Below are positions 61,810 to 64,000 of a DNA stretch of 64,000 nucleotides, piece after piece (the stretch's first letter is position 1; every line of letters begins with the position of its first letter). The position numbers and the translations under genes were made by a program. The notes below the pieces were generated by a model, which was given only the letters and a program-made list of their open reading frames with translations, made no database searches and was not told the origin of the DNA. The stretch is from Chiloscyllium plagiosum. Its lineage: Eukaryota. The DNA lies in assembly GCF_004010195.1 (NCBI RefSeq), contig NC_057714.1, positions 15,676,738 to 15,740,737 on the forward strand, in the 5' to 3' direction.

Positions 61810-63865
61810 AAATTCTCCAGCTCTGGCAACATCCTTGTAAATCTTTTCTGAACCCTTTCAAGTTTCACAACATCGTTCCTCCAGGAAGGAGACCAGAACT
61901 GCATGCAATATTCCAAAAGTGGCCTAACCAATGTCCTGCAACATGACCTCCCAACTCCTATAATCAATACACTGATCAATAAAGAAAAGCATACTAAACA
62001 CCTTCCGATTCACTATCCTAACTACCTGCGATCTACTTTCAAGGATCTATGAACCTACACTCCAAGATTTCTTTGTTCAGCAACACTCCCTAGGACCTTA
62101 CCATTAAATGTATACGTACTGCTCTGATTTACTTTTCAAAAATGCAGCACCTCGCATTTATCTAAATTAAATTCCACCTGCCACCTCTCAGCCCATTGGC
62201 CCATCTGATCAAGATCCTATTGTACTCTGAGGTAACTATCTTCTTCTTCACTATCCATTACACTTCCAATTTTGGTGTCATCTGCAAACTTACTAACTAT
62301 ACCTCTTATGCTCACATTCAAATCATTCATATGAATGACGAAAAGCAGTGGACCCAGCACCGATCCTTGTGGCACTATACTGGTCGCAGGCCTCCAGTCT
62401 GAAAAGCAATCCTCCACTACCACCCTCTGTCTTCTATCTTTGAGCCAGTTCTGTATCCAAATGGCTAGTTCTCCTTGGATTCCATGAAATCTAACCTTGC
62501 TAACCAGTCTCCCATGAGGACGCTTGTCGAAAGCCTTACTCCATATAGATCATATCTCCCATTCTATCCTCATTAATCCTCTTTGTTACTTCTTGAAAAA
62601 CTCAGTCAAGTTTGTGAGACATGCACAAAGTCATATTGACTATCTGAAATCAGTCCATGCCTTTCCAAATACATGTAAATCATGTCCCTCAGGATTCCCT
62701 CCAATAACTTGCCTATCACCGATGTCAGATTCCCTGGCTTTTCCTTGCCACCTTCCATACAGTACTCATTTAGTATCTCTCCCATCTCCTATGGCTCCAC
62801 ACACAGGCTGCCTTGGGGCGGCATGTTGGCTCAGTAGTTAGCACTGCTGCCTCACAGCACCAGGGACTTGGGTTCGAGTCCACCTCAGCTGACTGTCTGT
62901 GTGGAGTTTGCACATTCTCCGTGTCTGCATGGATTTCCTCTAGGTGCTCTGGTTTTCTCCCACAATCCAAAGATGTGCAGGTCAGGTGGATTGGCCATGC
63001 TAAATTGCCCATAGTCAAGAGTAAATATAGGGTAGAGGAATAGGTCTGATGGGTTACTCTTCGGAGGGTCGGTGTGTACTTGTTGGGCTGAAGGGCTTGT
63101 TCCCATACTGTAGGGAATCTAATCTAAATCATAAATAGTGATACCATGTTAGCCAACCTCCAGTCTTCCGCACCTCAGCTGTGACTATCGATGATATGAA
63201 TATCTCAGCAAGGGGCCCAGAAATCGCTTCCCACAGAGTTCCAGGGTAAACCAGATCAAGTCCTGGGGATTTTATCCACCTTTATGCGTTTCAAGAGATC
63301 CAGCACCACCTCCTCTGTAATATGGACATTTTCTAAGATGTCACCATCTAATTCCCCACATTCTATATCTTCCATGCCCTTCTCCATAGTAAACACTGAT
63401 GTAAAATACTTGTTTAGTATCTCCCCCATCTTCTATGGCTCCACACACAGACTGCCTTGCTGATCTTTGAGGGGCCTTATTAGCTCCCTAGTTATTCTTT
63501 TGTCCTTAATGTATGAACAAAATTCCTTTGGATTCTCCTTAATCCTATTTGCCAAAGCTATCTCATGTCCCGTTTTTGCCCTCCTGATTTCCCTCTTAAG
63601 TATACTTCTGCCTTTATACTTTTCTAAAGATTCATTCGATCTCTCCTGTCGATACCTGATATATACTTGCTTCTTTTTCTTAACCAAAACCTCAATTCCT
63701 CTAGTCATCCCACATTCCCTACACCTACCAGCCTTGCCTTTCACCATAACAGGAATATACTGTCTCTAGACTCTTGTTATCTCATTTTTGAAGATTTCCC
63801 ATTTTCTAGCCGTCCTATTACCTGTGAACATCTGCCCACCCCCCCAATCAGCTTTTGAAAGTTCC
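61810..63865 (-). mobile_element. CR1/HER1-like LINE ORF2 fragment
   Basis: ORFs 61659..61979, 62217..62423 (VPQGSVLGPLLF, KFADD) and 63433..63747. Confidence 0.9.
62816..63128 (+). mobile_element. HE1-like V-SINE inserted in CR1
   Basis: gggcggcatgttggctcagtagttagc head, ggttcgagtcc box B, gggaatctaatcta tail. Confidence 0.9.
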
Positions 63866-64000
63866 ACAAAGAAAACCATTGACTTCAAACAAAACTGCAC
63901 AAGCCTGATACACCATCTTCAAGTGTCACAAGATTTTGATAGCCAGTTTATTTAAAACAAATAAAATTATCAGAATTGATGGAGTCCTGAACCTGCTACA

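Noticed and set aside
1-64000. ORF-track entries as host genes
   Set aside because: All recognisable ORFs are broken CR1, PLE, SINE or Harbinger pieces; the rest are short with no recognisable domain and form no consistent exon chain.

Overview
Eukaryotic, AT-rich, repeat-dominated DNA with no recognisable host protein-coding exon (intergenic or deep intronic). The repeats point to a cartilaginous fish, most likely a shark (inference from HE1-like V-SINEs, HER1/CR1 LINEs and a DeuSINE-like remnant). Contents: many decayed CR1 LINE pieces, including one near full-length copy (46594-51185, minus) with a GDSL/SGNH-esterase ORF1; ten HE1-like tRNA-derived SINEs; one ~3.2 kb Penelope-like element (PLE; RT + GIY-YIG) and more than 15 short PLE-terminus insertions from three sequence families, many fold-back palindromes with 12-16 bp target-site duplications and minimal hammerhead-ribozyme motifs; Harbinger-type Myb/SANT remnants; and two related solo LTRs. 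Most notable: (1) both solo LTRs are interrupted at the equivalent TATA-proximal site by stacked poly(A)-tailed inserts, suggesting an LTR-targeting non-LTR retroelement; (2) hammerhead-bearing PLE mini-palindromes with a consistent one-sided ~30 nt tail; (3) a 664 bp near-perfect duplication flanking a 155 bp hammerhead-containing PLE fragment; (4) locally templated insertions inside CR1 copies. All calls were made by eye, repeat boundaries are approximate, and family names need a RepeatMasker/Dfam check.
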